From the NCBI RefSeq assembly GCF_040938485.1, contig NW_027272928.1, forward strand, positions 62,001 through 126,000: a DNA stretch of 64,000 nucleotides. The letters are read 5' to 3'. Each line of letters opens with the position of its first letter. Position 1 is the stretch's first letter. This document shows, piece by piece, positions 35,501-48,913 of the stretch. A model generated the notes under the pieces. The model was not told the DNA's origin, did no database searches, and was given only the letters and a program-made list of their open reading frames with translations. The DNA comes from Diadema antillarum. Lineage: Eukaryota. The translations under genes and the position numbers were made by a program.

Positions 35501-36192
35501 CTTTCTCTCTCCCTCTTGTTCTTGTTGTGTTTTTGCAGTTTTTCATCGTAACCAGAACAGAAGCCATACACATCGCAACCATGTACCCTTTTTATGAGTT
35601 TGCGTGAATCACTTTTTAGCATCATCAGTGCTCTGATACGAAAATGTGACAACACCTACACAAATTCATTCCATTTATTGTCGGTGTGGTACCTTTAATT
35701 CCTTAAAATGATAATGTGGATATAAGTGAGTTTTGTGCGGCAGCACTTAATATTTGCTCTGAATTTTCCTCCATCGCTTCTTGTTCTGTCTCGTGACACC
35801 GTGCTGTTGATATTTATGTATGCTCTTCTTTCCCCGTTTTCCATGAGAGGGGATGCCCGGGGACTTTGTCACAGCCGAGATATAATATGCAAATTTACAC
35901 CTGGACGGGGAAACGAAAGATTCGCAGTGTTTTGGCATGGCGAGAGAAATCGAACCTCGTGGTTGCACGGCGACAGTGGGTTTCTACCTACCCATGATAA
36001 CGATTCGGGTCTAGTCGCATTCGTAGGAGAGTAAATACGGTTTTTAGTTAATAAACGGAACGTTTCCAAAGACACGCCAGGCGACGCAAAGACACGGCTC
36101 ATACACATAATGTTGGAGGAAAAAGTCAGCCTGACATTACACATTTCACACTCGAGTCTTAATAATTGATCCATGTTTGCGTAGCAGACCTG

Positions 36193-36345
36193 GGCCCCAT
36201 TTGATAAAAAGCTGATATGGTAGCAACTCTTGCTAGAATGGCAGTTGCCGTGGTAAGAATCCAGCTTCCTGGTTGGCTGTTGCTATGGGAAGTTGCCATT
36301 CCAGCAAGAGTTGCTATCCTAACATCTTTTATGAAATATAGAGCC
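36193..36345. mobile_element. Harbinger-like MITE (fold-back)
   Basis: CTG direct repeats on both flanks (36190-92, 36346-48). Imperfect TIR GGCCCCATTTGATAAAA. Internal inverted repeat TAGCAACTCTTGCT(A/G)GAATGGCA. Confidence 0.65.
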
Positions 36346-36484
36346 CTGGCGTTCAAATGTATCGAGGAAATTGTCATAACCACTCATTTTTCATGTGTAG
36401 GGCCTACAGGTAAATTCATTTACGCTGATCCAGGAGCACACGTACAGACACAAAAGTTATATATATACACTTTTTTGTTTTTCC

Positions 36485-36515
<31 letters not shown>

Positions 36516-37523
36516 AAACACACACACACACAAACACAGACACCACATGTACACAGTATACAGAATGTCTCTGGTTCCCTGCATTTATTTCAACATAACC
36601 TGCTAAATCATGTAGGGTAATGTGCATCTGTGTCGATTTCACTGACTTTTATTATGCTTTCATATGACTTGACGCAAACAAACGACATTATCTATGCACA
36701 TTTTTTATTCAAGACATCATAAGGCCACTTTGGACATTTTGGATGATAGCGGCACTACATGATTTGGTTATCTTTTACTACACAATTCTATAGCTGTTAT
36801 CATGAGTTATTCTATGAAATGTTATATTGCCACCGTCATTATCATCAATATATTATAGACATCAACTCTTTGTCATAACGTGATGGAGCACTTGCCGTTG
36901 TTATCAGCGAGCTTTATATCTGCGACGCGAACGCTAAGACGACGCTTATTTGGCTAAAAAATTGTGTTTTGCACATGCGCGAGAGAGCTGTTTCTTTATT
37001 GTCCAACCCGGGAGGCTGCGTTGTCTTGGCGTTCGCGTCGCAGATCTATAGCTCGCTGTTGTTAAAGATGTGACGTTTTCGGAAGCTTTTACCTTCAATT
37101 CCGTCCAGGATTTACATGATTTGGCGACTTTTTATTTCCCCTTCTTCCATCAAAAGTAGCATGCGTTGGCGTGCTCTTATACAACCTGACCCGTGCAGTG
37201 TTTCGAGCGATAGCTGCCATATTCAGAGCTGCAGTTACATGCGAGTATGCTGTATACACAGACAGGAAAGCAGATAGGGTAGAGGAAGTCACGTGACATT
37301 CCTGTCAGCAGGGAGTTGGTACACCGTCCAAGATAACGCCGAACTCTCTGTATGCACTTGACAGTTTATCACGTATCCGGAACTTCAGGAATGATCAACA
37401 AAATCAGTGTGTATCTCACGGTCATTCAAAAATATTTTGATATCATGCATTTTTAAATTTGCATCATCCATGGTCTACAGCGATACAAAGGAACACTTTA
37501 AGAGTCCACTTTTATCGCTATAA

Positions 37524-39282
37524 GGCCAAGTAAAAAAAGAAAGTAGTTTCTCGTCCGGGTTTTTTGAGCAAGGCGATGAGGGAGGTCCTTACTATTTGAT
37601 ATCTTACTATTTTTTCAAGGATCGTCAAAATGAAAGTAATATGTGTTTCTCGTCCGGTAACTCTGAGAAAGGTAACGAGAGGGGGCTTTACAATTTTCTA
37701 TATTCAATTTATGAAATGAAATATCACTCTGGTAGCTGTGTTATGAGACCAGGTCCCAAGTGTACGTCTTGCCTGCACTCTGTGCATTTTCAAACAAATA
37801 GATATATGTGCCATACTTGAAATGAAACTTCATGCATGCAAAAATACATTTGCTTTTTCTTTCCATAACAGATGTCAAGGGAAAATGACCATCTTAATAC
37901 TGGTATTTAGTGTTGTAATGGCTTTTCTGATACCAGTGTACTTGCAATTCTGATGTATTGTGCTATCAATTGAAACAGGTATAAAACATGTCTTTCAACA
38001 AATGTACGACTGAAATAAATTCCATGATATTCAAAACACTGCTTTATTTATTGGTGTTTGTGACTTTTTGTGTCCACACCGGCCGTACACCGCTGGTATG
38101 TATGCTGCAGTTCTTCACAGTACAATTGTAGCACATTCAACTGGAAACTGGCTTGTACAATTGCAGATGGATGTCAAAATGATACTGATATGGCATTCTA
38201 GCATTAAACGTTTAAAGATGTTTCTTCATGTTCTAAAAAGACATTTGATAATCACTCATTATTTGGATGATGAATGATTGTATAACAGTACACACTACAG
38301 ATGATACCACTCACGGCTGTGTCCGTGAATTTACATCGTGAAGAAAAGTATCCCGCTGAAATACGAGACAAACCAGAATCCGTGGAAAAGTTATTTATTT
38401 TGTAGATACACCCATTTAATAATTCTACATTTGCTGGAAAAGCTCATTCATTTTCTCTTCAAAATAGAATGAATCGCCGTGACAGACCAGGGGATGGGGA
38501 CCCTGGACAGCTACAAAACACGCACACTTCTTTGCCGATATACGGTGCGGCACGGCCACTGCACTGGCACCAGGGAGGTGTGGACCTCCCTGCTGGCACC
38601 GTACCTTCCGACACTGCACACACATGTACATAGTCACAATGACATGAAAATGTATACAAACTCGATACCGTACAATCCTCACAAGCATTTGTACAGTACA
38701 ATTCATCCGCTTAAAATATCAGAAACGGGGAAAAATACGAACAACGCGCGAAATATGCGTGGAATATCAGCGATTGTTCGCAAAAATGTTGCCGCTATAG
38801 CGTTCACGACGTACCGAGTCCGCTGTACATCACAGCCCAGTAGGCCGACCCGCCGCGCCGCCCATCCAACTACAGTGCAGTTCGACTGCTTTGTGGGTCA
38901 TTCCTTCTTGCCGATCGGCCGAGCTCGCAGTGTGAAATGCATGCGTTATTACATACGCACTACACACAGAAGCTACAGCTGTACTACAGTCTACAGCTAA
39001 GTAGAGGACGCAAGGCGTAAAAAATTAGAAATGAGACGTCACGATTGGTAGGTGAATTGTCGATCTCTTTTTTTTTTCGGCGGCCGAAAAAATAGTAAAT
39101 ATCAAAAAAGTCGATGCGGCAACTGAAAATCGATGCGGGCGGGGAGCGGGCTGGGACGAAAATTATGAATTTCTTGGTATTTTCAGCGCCATTTTGAAAA
39201 TAGTAAATAGTAAAAAAATCGATGCGGCGGCCAAAATCGATGCGCGCGAGGACGAGAAACTGGTTTCTTTTTTTACTTGGCC
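37524..39282. mobile_element. Non-autonomous DNA transposon, PIF/Harbinger-like (1759 bp)
   Basis: 33-bp TIR GGCCAAGTAAAAAAAGAAA(GT/CC)AGTTTCTCGTCC (31/33). TAA TSD on both sides (37521-23, 39283-85). Four subterminal AAAATCGATGCG-type repeats at 39106-39246. No transposase ORF recognised. Confidence 0.85.
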
Positions 39283-41262
39283 TAAATTAGCGCCATCTCG
39301 CCGAATCGTGAACATTTTTTGTTTCAAAGCCGCATATTTTTGAGGGGTTTTTTTGGGTCATCATTCTTGTGACTTTAAGCAATATTAATTTGTTACGTGA
39401 TTTCTGTGGAGAATTTCATACTTATAACATTGTATTCATGATTTGATACTGTCACAAGTATCCGTGTTAGCATCAGTTCGAGACTTTTCTAACAGAGTAT
39501 CAGGAAAATAGTAAACCACTGCATAACTTGATGCAGAACTGTGCGTGACTCGAGGTGTTGTCATGGAAATAACCACGATTCAAACAGTATTATGTGTGTC
39601 GGGTATGCGGCACATAGCGATGTATATATTTCTTTGTTTCTTTCTTTCATTTTTCCATTTGGTATGCTGGTCTTCTATTTGGGGTCCAGTTGGATGCGAG
39701 GCGGGACCACTTCACTGGGTTATGCACCCTCCTCTTTGCGATGAATGAATGAAGCGGGTTCTTTTACGTGTATGAGTTGTGACTCTCTCATACACGGGAA
39801 CTCCCATTTTTTGTCCTATCCGAGGGACGTGTATGCTGCTCGTGTGTTATGTCCATCCCAAGCTTGCCTTCAATTTCTTGTGACATCTCATAATGTTTTA
39901 GCTGTGCATATCTCATGTCGAATGAAGACCGGTAAGGAATGAAGGGACGTATGAAGCTTGTTGAAACGGCAGGATGAAGAGTGAAAACAAGAAAAGTATG
40001 TAGCTTGCAGGTATATACGCAATCGAATTGACACATTCTCAGTGCGTGGTAAATGTTTGCGTCATTCAATGAGCTTAAATCAATTAAGTGGTATTGACAT
40101 TCATTGGATGCTATTACTGCGTTAAAGGTTAAACTTTGCGCAAATCGAAGGTGACTTTAAATATGATGCATTTTCTAGCATATTATTTGCTATAAAGGCT
40201 GTAATAATATGATTTGGAACGCATTGTATTATTGTGGCATATTTTATTGGCGAATCAAATAAAGCTATTGTATTGTCTTTTTATTGTCATGAGCCGTTAC
40301 TGTGACTTTTTCTCAATCACTTCAACATTCACGTCCGAAGCAACGGCATCTCCTCTACCTTACAGTTCACGTTTCTCTGCGCATGACTCCTTATCACGAC
40401 TCTGTATCACGCAAGTATAGTTGCCCATTTTCGCTTGATGCGGTAACAACGTGCTTGTAAACGAGTTTGTAAAAGAATAAATCGGCGACCAGATATTGCG
40501 TATTGAGGTTGTTGTAAATTATGAGATCTCTAGTAAACCGGACGCCGTGACGTTTTCACAGATCTGACAACTATTGTTTCGAAGTCATAAATCAGGAAGT
40601 ACTGTATATTGTATCAATAGTTTTGTGTCCAACAAATTGCTTATAGCTTTACAAAGTCTGCCTTCCTATTCCGGTCATAAAAGAAATAAACGGAAAAAAT
40701 ATAAGGAGAAATATAATTCAGTAACGCGATCTATTATGTGAAAATCGATAGGGTTAGTGTTTTCGGCACTACAGGTTTCGTGATATTGTGTTACTTCTAA
40801 TGCGCAGAACCTGACACCCAGAAACATCCGCTGCATAGCTCAACTCGATTGCAGAGTTTCCGAGAGGGAAACGTAACCCAAATGGAGACCGTTTAATTAA
40901 TGCCACTCATATCGCACCGGCTTTGGCCGCGAGCTAGCTCGACGGCGACCTGTCTCGTAGGCTGTTTCCAGTCGGAGCCCATATCTTCCACCGGGAGAGA
41001 TGGATAGTGGTAATTGTTTCTGTTGAATGCTTTCAGAATGCTTCATCGCGCATTGAATAGAGGGACGATGATGTTAAATGCGTGTGAACTACAACTTCCC
41101 AAATACATAAGAGCAGCACCCTCAAAATTAGTTAGAGACCTCTTCATCTTGGTCCAGTATACTGGACTGTAGTATGGTTCTGCTTCCAGATCTCGTGGGA
41201 CTTTTGGTGACCTTCATTTTCTGCTTGTTTTGGCCAAAGGATTATGCTGATGTAAATAGAGC

Positions 41263-41352
41263 AGATAGATAGATAGATAGATAAATATATAGATAGATAG
41301 ATAGGTAGGTAGGTAGGTAGGTAGGTAGGTAGGTAGGTAGGTAGATAGATAG
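41263..41352. repeat. Compound (TAGA)n(TAGG)n microsatellite
   Basis: Direct reading. Confidence 0.95.
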
Positions 41353-43855
41353 GCGGGGGAGGAGGAACGTTTGAAATCGATCGATAAGAATGTAAGCAGA
41401 ATTCATTACTATCAACGTCATATTGTGTCCTTTACTATCAGTATGTCGCGATGTCACGTTGCTTAATCACCTCCTGTGATATCCGTGAAGTTGGCATGTG
41501 TGTGACGTCACAGCGCAAAACTGCTTGTCTGTCTTTTCACTCATGTTGTTCACGAAGGATTTTTGTTAAAGCGTTTCACATATTGCCATTCCGGTTTTGA
41601 TAATTTTTCTCATTAAAGCGTTCAAGTAAAATTACCAGACAGATCATAATAAATTCATGCTATAGTGGGATGCTTGCTTTTGCACACACATATTCGTCAC
41701 AAAGACAGAATATGGCATAACATTATTCTTCAATACATAGTGCTGTTCAATGAAATATTCTTTGCTTTTTTTCTTCTGTATCTTTTTTTTTTTTGCAGCC
41801 CTAGTTTTATATCTATCACGTTGATGGAATAAAATATCACGCGATAACAAAAATAATACGTTTGGCTCCAAATACTTTGGTTCATGTATGTTACATCTCA
41901 ATCCTGTATGAGTGTCGTGTCATTTGGTTGACAACAACGACAACAGCAACAACAAAAAAAAAAAAAAACACCGTTACAAAACAGATACGCACCCCTCATC
42001 AAAGTGTATCTTTCCCCTGTTAGAAAAGTCTCACCTCCCTGGAAAAGTGGATGACTGCAGCGATTTTGCATGAAAATGATTAGTCGAAAATTTGTAAAAT
42101 TCATGACTCGGGCAAATAAAGTACAACGTCAGTGAGTGCTGCATGAAGCGCCCTCTATAAGGTCAAGCCTCCCGAGCAACTTCAAACTCTGGTCCTATCC
42201 CCGTGTGCACATTATTGTGTGGGGCGTGTTGGAGCGTAAGACTTTGTCTTCAGTGGTATAAACATAATATTATAACAGTCAATTCACAGTCACATCGCTG
42301 CAGCACGCCATAGAGCAGGGCAATTTCTTTTCTTTTCTTTTTTTCACGAGGGCAACTGCTAGACATTCAAAGCTTTAGACGAAAGTGAAAGGAATTTAGG
42401 GAATGCTTGCTTTAGTGCTACATATAAGAACAGTCTAAGCTGAAATTTTCAGGTTCAGATTGAAGTCAATGTCTATTGTAGAGAATGAAGCAGAAAACTA
42501 TGAGGGGCTCCGCGCAGCCAGACCACTCCCGTTATAATTTCTCTACACCGAGCTGCGTTGTGAGGAAAATTATTGTGGCGTCTCCCATATTAATGTAGCA
42601 CTGACTCAGCTTCGTTTGAAAACTAATTTTTCATGGTTTTCAAAGTGTCATCATATCATTACTGAGTTCGTAATTTTTGTCACCCGGAAACATCCATCAA
42701 TGAAATAATGCTAGTGCTATGCCACGTCAAGTTATTGAATCGCTTGTATTATTTGTTGGATATTGACGTGTAAATCTTAGTACAATTGGTATACTCTCAC
42801 GATATCGCTGATGTATACTTGCGGTTAATTGCCGGCACATTTACCGCAGACAAAAAGAAAGATGTCATGACCACCCCATGACCCATTGACGTCAGTTGTC
42901 TATGTCTGCGGTCACACGCGTGAATACTTGTAGAGGGTAGGGCTAGGGCGGGGGTCAAATAGAGCATGACGTTTGCGAATATGTCAATTGATCGTCGATT
43001 GCCTATTGTGATTTTAAATATCTCATTATGTCAAAACCGCGAATGTATTATTTTGAAGGAGCATTCTTGTAGAACTATTTCACAGAACTATTCCATGGGC
43101 CTCTAGTATAATGTTTCTTTAAATTTTCCTGTCGTATACTATAACGTTAATAAGGGATCACGGATGTTATATTACACTACAGAGGATGTTTGCATGACTC
43201 TCGTGTGTGTTAGTTTAATGCGACACAACACGCGCGAAATGAGTCCGAAGCACGTCCAAATGAATCATGGGGTGTCGAGGGCCGAAATGAGTCCTGTAAT
43301 TTATGACTCCTCCACTGTCTGCATGCAGGATGCGTTAACTTGGAAAAGCCGGAAGCCACATAAAACGGTAGTCCTCACACAGCGCGTGGAGATGACGACA
43401 AAGCCCTTGAAATTTCCAATCATGTTCCGAATATCGACACCATTAATACAAAGTCAGCAACCGCGTGCACAAACTATGGGCAATTATCATTGACAAACAA
43501 AAAGCCGATGATAGTGACGGTTAACGAGGGACGCAGCCTGGGTCGAGCTGTCATCACTGATCAGTGACGCAACAACCCGTGTACGATGAATCGCCATTCA
43601 CAATGTCATGAAAAAACAAAAACCGACCGTACTATGGCCACATTCCCAATGAACTTCATGAGACATTGGTCTGGTTGCTGCGGTATAATCTCGCTCTTCA
43701 TTCTTCATATGAGTATGACACCTCCCTCCGCAAGGTTGATTGTGATTCTTCGCGTCTACCCATACACAAATTTAGGTTAAACGTATTCCATTTTTTGAGC
43801 ATTTGACCTTCTTTTTTCCCTTCGAAATAAGCCTCAGCTTCTGTGTGCGAGATAT

Positions 43856-43857
<2 letters not shown>

Positions 43858-43905
<48 letters not shown>
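43858..43905. repeat. (TA)n microsatellite
   Basis: Direct reading. Confidence 0.95.
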
Positions 43906-43915
<10 letters not shown>

Positions 43916-45496
43916 TGTTTGTTTTTTTGGTCGAATTAAAGTTCGAACTTTAGATTTCACGTGCAGTATAAGTCCGTGCTGTGTGCAAGTATAGACCAAA
44001 GCAAAGAGCACATGTACCTGCATGGCATTTACACATTGGAAGAGGCGTGCTCAATTGATCGGAAGTATGAAATGACTATTTTGATTGTTTATATTTTAAT
44101 TTAGCATTATTTCAACTTCCCTGGTGTGATGTTACCGTCATGGTATAGCTCACGAGAGGACTGAAGCGGTTCATTTTGATGATGACTTCAACCATTCACT
44201 CCTACTCCTCATCCACGTTGCTTCGTCCTTTCCTGCTACCTCCCTCGGTACACCATGCTTTAACCCCCTCCCCGCATTGAACTGTATATAGGGCCTACTT
44301 CGGACAGTCCGTCAATGCTAAGACTGCCCCGCCTTTTCTCACTATCCAAGCTGTGGAATATGGGTAAGGTGAATCATTTGATTCATATCCACCTTTGTTT
44401 AATACATCAAGTTCCAGAGGCCACTACGTTTCTGTGGTGTGATGCTGTATCTGTTTACATGTAGTCTATTATAATTTTACTATCTAGTACTTCATAAGGC
44501 AGAGTAACATTTTTCTTTATTTTGAGCCCATAATGATAGTTGTTCAAGTATAAGTGTTTATTTCGGTTGCAAAATCGACAAAGTTTCTTATTTCCTCAAT
44601 GTATAACTTATTCTTGAATTGGTAATATTATTCTGGGAGATGTTCCTTCAATTTGGCATATTTGTAAACAACTGCTTCTGATTTCGTGCAGATCTAATAC
44701 TAGTAATTCTAACAGTCCATTTAACCATTCTTCAGTGTAGGATACACTCTGAAAATCAGAGGTGACAATTTAGTGATGACTAGAGTGCATTTCTGCAGCA
44801 AATTCTTCGGGTTTGGTGGATTAATGCCAAATTTCGTTTAAACTCGGATGTAAACAAGAATTGTTGTCCTGGTTGAATGCATAGCAGAGCGATATGAACG
44901 CATTATGGTAAAATCAGTTCAGAATTGAGGGAACCGCCTTAAACTGTACCATAGCAAAATATGACGTCAGTCACTTTTGTTTACGACCTCTTTCATACGA
45001 TATACTATCACTCCGGTTGATACTGGATATCGGGATCGTGCCGGTTGATAACTGGATTTGCATAACAGGTTCGTGGGGATACTTCCTGGATTCTGTGTAA
45101 AGTTTTAGCTTCACAACACATATCATCGCCAGAGGAAGTGTGTAGCTACTGGTGACTGATATTTAACAGGAAGAGTTCGCACCTCCCCTACCCCCCCCCC
45201 CCCCCCCCCCCCCACGGCCCCTCCACCTTTCCATGATATAGTGAATACGTATTGAGGATGTTTTACAGGGGAACGTTTTTGACTTGTTTGCTGTGCCGGA
45301 TCCGGATTCAACATTAAAAGAGAAAAAAAAATCATTTTTGTTGTGTTGTTTATTATTTACGTTCATCTTCGTATCTCACTTTGGATGAATCATACACAAA
45401 CAGTGCAAGTACTGAAATAAACAAGGTAAGGAGACATATAATTGAAACGAAAGAAAAGGACGGCATTATGCCATTCCAGCCATATCATGAACAACA

Positions 45497-45867
45497 GGCT
45501 GATGTTCGTTATCCCGAAGGTTCGTTATTTCGAAGGTGCGTCATTCCGAAACACACAAACTCCCAATGCCTAGATGTTCGTTTATCCGAACATTTGTGGC
45601 CTTAATCCGAAAGTTCATATTCGTTCAGTTCGTTCTTTCGAAGGTTCTTTAATCCGAAAATGAAATACGGTTCTTGAAGCTGAAGGTTTGTTAATTCAAA
45701 AACGGGAAAAAAAAACAACAACGTTCGTTAATCCGAAAATGAAAAGAAGGTGCGTAGCTACCACGAACCTTCGGAATTACAAACCTTATTTCGTTTTCGA
45801 ATTACCGAACCTTCGGAAGATCGAACCATCGGAATAACGAACCATCGGAATAACGAACTATGTAACC
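45497..45867. mobile_element. TTCGTTATTCCGAAGG-family MITE (copy 2, more diverged)
   Basis: Same subrepeats and the same TGTAACC end as the 27263 and 46366 copies. Confidence 0.7.
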
Positions 45868-46365
45868 GAACAATCTCGGAGTTTTGCATGCAGGGGACAC
45901 TCCAATGCATGGTAACTAGATTTACCTCGCACCGTTAGATACCTTTCATAATATAACCACATTCTTGTGCTTGTGCTAATGTGACTCACCATTTGTTTTA
46001 TAGACATCCACGAATCGGCATATCATCACTTTCGTGAAACCCCGCCATTCTGTTCATTTACTCATGAAAGTCGTCTTGAACATTACTGTGGAATGGCACT
46101 TCAAGCCGTTTGCATTGACTCATGTGTCTTCCCTGTATCTTTTTTTTTTAAACAATTACTCTCGAATTCTTTTCAGAGGGCTTCCTGTGTCTATTTGATC
46201 TTATGATATGCAGAAAATGATTTTATTCTCATGTGTAACATGTTTTATTATGAATGGATCTTTGAGGTCAAGCAGATCAAAATGACAACAGTATCGTCAC
46301 ATTTACCACAAGTCATATTTGCATGGTTTGCTTGCTTGTATGGCTCCCCCCCCCCCATAAAAAAG

Positions 46366-46556
46366 GGGTGCTGTTCGTTATTCCGAAGGTTCGTTATTCC
46401 GAAGGTTCGTTAATCCGAAACACACAAATCCCTATACCTAGTGGTTCGTTAATCCGAACGTTTGTGGCGTTATTCCGAAGGTTCGTTATTCCGAAGATAT
46501 GTTGATCCGAAAATGAATTTCGGAATAACGAACCTTCGGAATAACGAGCTGTAACC
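46366..46556. mobile_element. TTCGTTATTCCGAAGG-family MITE (copy 3)
   Basis: Ends GGGTGCTGTTCGTTATTCC ... GGAATAACGAGCTGTAACC. Near-identical flanks ATAAAAAAG / ATAAAAAG suggest an 8-9 bp TSD. Confidence 0.8.
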
Positions 46557-48913
46557 ATAAAAAGTACTGTACCGGAATACCATAAGTATCCCAGAAATAA
46601 AAATGTAACTCCAATGGGTCAAACACGAATGGAAAAGTAGAGAAGCTATGTAATCATATAGCTGATTTTCCTATCACTGCAATGTCCAAAATTGTGGCCG
46701 TCTCATTATTCGTAGCTTGTTGACATAGAAAATGCAAGCCCGCCTCGTTTGCTGGGTAATGTTTGTCACTGCTGTACGGGCCTCCAAGCGATGACCGTGT
46801 CATCGTGTTGTCATGTAACACTGTCTTAAATCACGTACCTGGATGTGGGTCATGTTTACTGTGACATCATGTGAGGCAAAAACACGTGACGCTTGATATG
46901 CACGGAGTGACATCATATCCAGACAGCTTAGACTCCTCCTCGCCTCATCCTGAGGTTCTGTCATCCTTACAACCACCCCTCCCCCCCTCCTCCCCCCCCC
47001 CCCCACACACAGCCGTCGTAGCATGTTTGATACTAGAGTATATGATAACTGACCGCAGGTTTCAATAGCTCGTCTCGAGTAATGATGTTGACGAGTAAAA
47101 CCATCGCAGTTAGCAAACACACGCTGCAGAATGCTGCTGAGATCTTTATAAGTCCATGAGCCGAAGTCCACTTGCAAATTCCATATGATACATACTACAT
47201 ACGACGGGGGTGGGGGTGGGGCACCGTTATTGAACAGTGCGAAGTTTATGTAATCTCCTTTGTTAGTGTTGTTGAATTGTTTTTGTCGTGCACGGGCTTA
47301 ACATGTCAAACGCAATTAGCAGTTACCATGACAACCAGTGATCGATCGAAACGCGATTCATTACGCCTACTTTATTTCGTCCACTGGTTGATTTTGAACC
47401 CGAGACGAACATTGCTCTCGATCACTGACCTTTTCAGTTTCCTTTATTAGTAAGGCTGGATAATGAAAAAAAAAATGAGAAGCATCGACAAAGTTTCAAA
47501 TAGACCTTCATGTCGGCTTATGCTGGTGTCGAGGCGACGTATTAGCATTCCCAGTCTGCATGCCATTTTTTTTTTTTTTCATTCTTGAACTTTCGGCAAA
47601 AGAAGGACATGGCACTGCCACACGATATTCATTTCTGTGTAGAGTATTATATTTTCCTCGAGCAACAGTCTATACTTAGCATCATAATCCTCCGTGTCCG
47701 TAGCGCCTTTATCGTCTCAGCAACCCCCCTACGCAGAGATCATTCAACTTTTATCGGTTATAATATAGCAGTCCTCTCTTTCGCGGAAACAAGGTGGCAT
47801 GGCAAAGGAAAAAGAAAAGGGATAATCATGGCTGCGGAAAGGATCGAGTCGTTAACTCTGCAGTGAGAAAAAGCATGGGAAATGAGCGTCGATAATGTTT
47901 CGACGTGACGTTGACACGCTGCTGGGTTTGTGCATGCGTGGATGGGATGTGCCGATTACTGAGAATATTCTTGGCGGGGAAAGGGCGCCCACGTCAACCT
48001 CACGACGGGAAGCCGTTGGCGGGCGTTAAAGGGGCATAGCGTGGTTTGAGGGTAATATGATGTCATGTTTTATGTCTTACGGAGCATTTATTCCTGGTCA
48101 GTTCATTTTCTATCTATTTTCTTTTTTTTTTGAGAGAGAGAGAGAGAGAGATAGGATTTCATGTGACGGAAAACTATACCATGAAACACGATGTAACGGT
48201 ACACAACATTAGTTTTTGTCCAATTTTACCTGTAGTATTTTTAAATCATTTATTTACCTTATAGATTTCCAAATAGATTTTTGTAAAAAGCTTTGGTAGC
48301 TGTTGACATATATTTTACAAAAAAGTGTATTTTTCTCAGTTTTCCCCCAATTTACGTCTTAAATCTAACCTATTGTAATAATCTTAAAAGTCTTAGAGTA
48401 ATTGGAGAAGTATTAAATCATGATTGCTAATGTGTTATAGCCTTCACCATGACATGGCGTGGTCTCAAGCAGAAGTGGACCAGTGCTATTGTTTGCTGAT
48501 GACTTTTGTGGTAAAGACACTGCAGTGTTCCGACACGCATAATTTCTTGATGATTTTTTTTTTTCGTTTATGCTTTAAAAGCAACCGGCAAAGCGCTTTA
48601 TAGAAATTGAAGGAGAATTCGGCATAGAGAGAGTGAGAGAGAGAAAGGGGGGGGGGGGGGGGGGTAATGCGGAACCATTGCGCAGTCAGTAGTCATATTG
48701 TGTTATTCACTTAAATTGTTCAAAGAGGTAGGAGGCGCCTTACAGTACCTCCTTAAATAGACCACAGTAGCTGACAGTAATGATAAGTAGCATGATGGGA
48801 ATAAGCGGTTCATCACGATATCATTTCCCTTGCTCTCCACCACTGACATGTTGAATACGTGTCCATGGTTATGTCAAGATTACAAATATACCCTAATTAT
48901 GCGATATTAACGC

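Noticed and set aside
38479-39000. 173-aa plus-strand ORF inside the TIR element as a putative transposase
   Set aside because: No DDE or DNA-binding motifs; composition is typical of a non-coding frame.
42190-42240. W...VWGVLERK resembling the Tc1/mariner WPxxSPDLNPxxxxW motif
   Set aside because: The SPDLNP core is absent, a stop follows shortly, and no TIRs were found. At best an unverifiable fossil.
47140-47177. FGSWTY in the minus ORF 46800-47177, resembling the Cys-loop receptor motif
   Set aside because: No Cys-loop cysteines or FPFD upstream, no flanking splice sites and no other receptor exons; a 6-aa coincidence.
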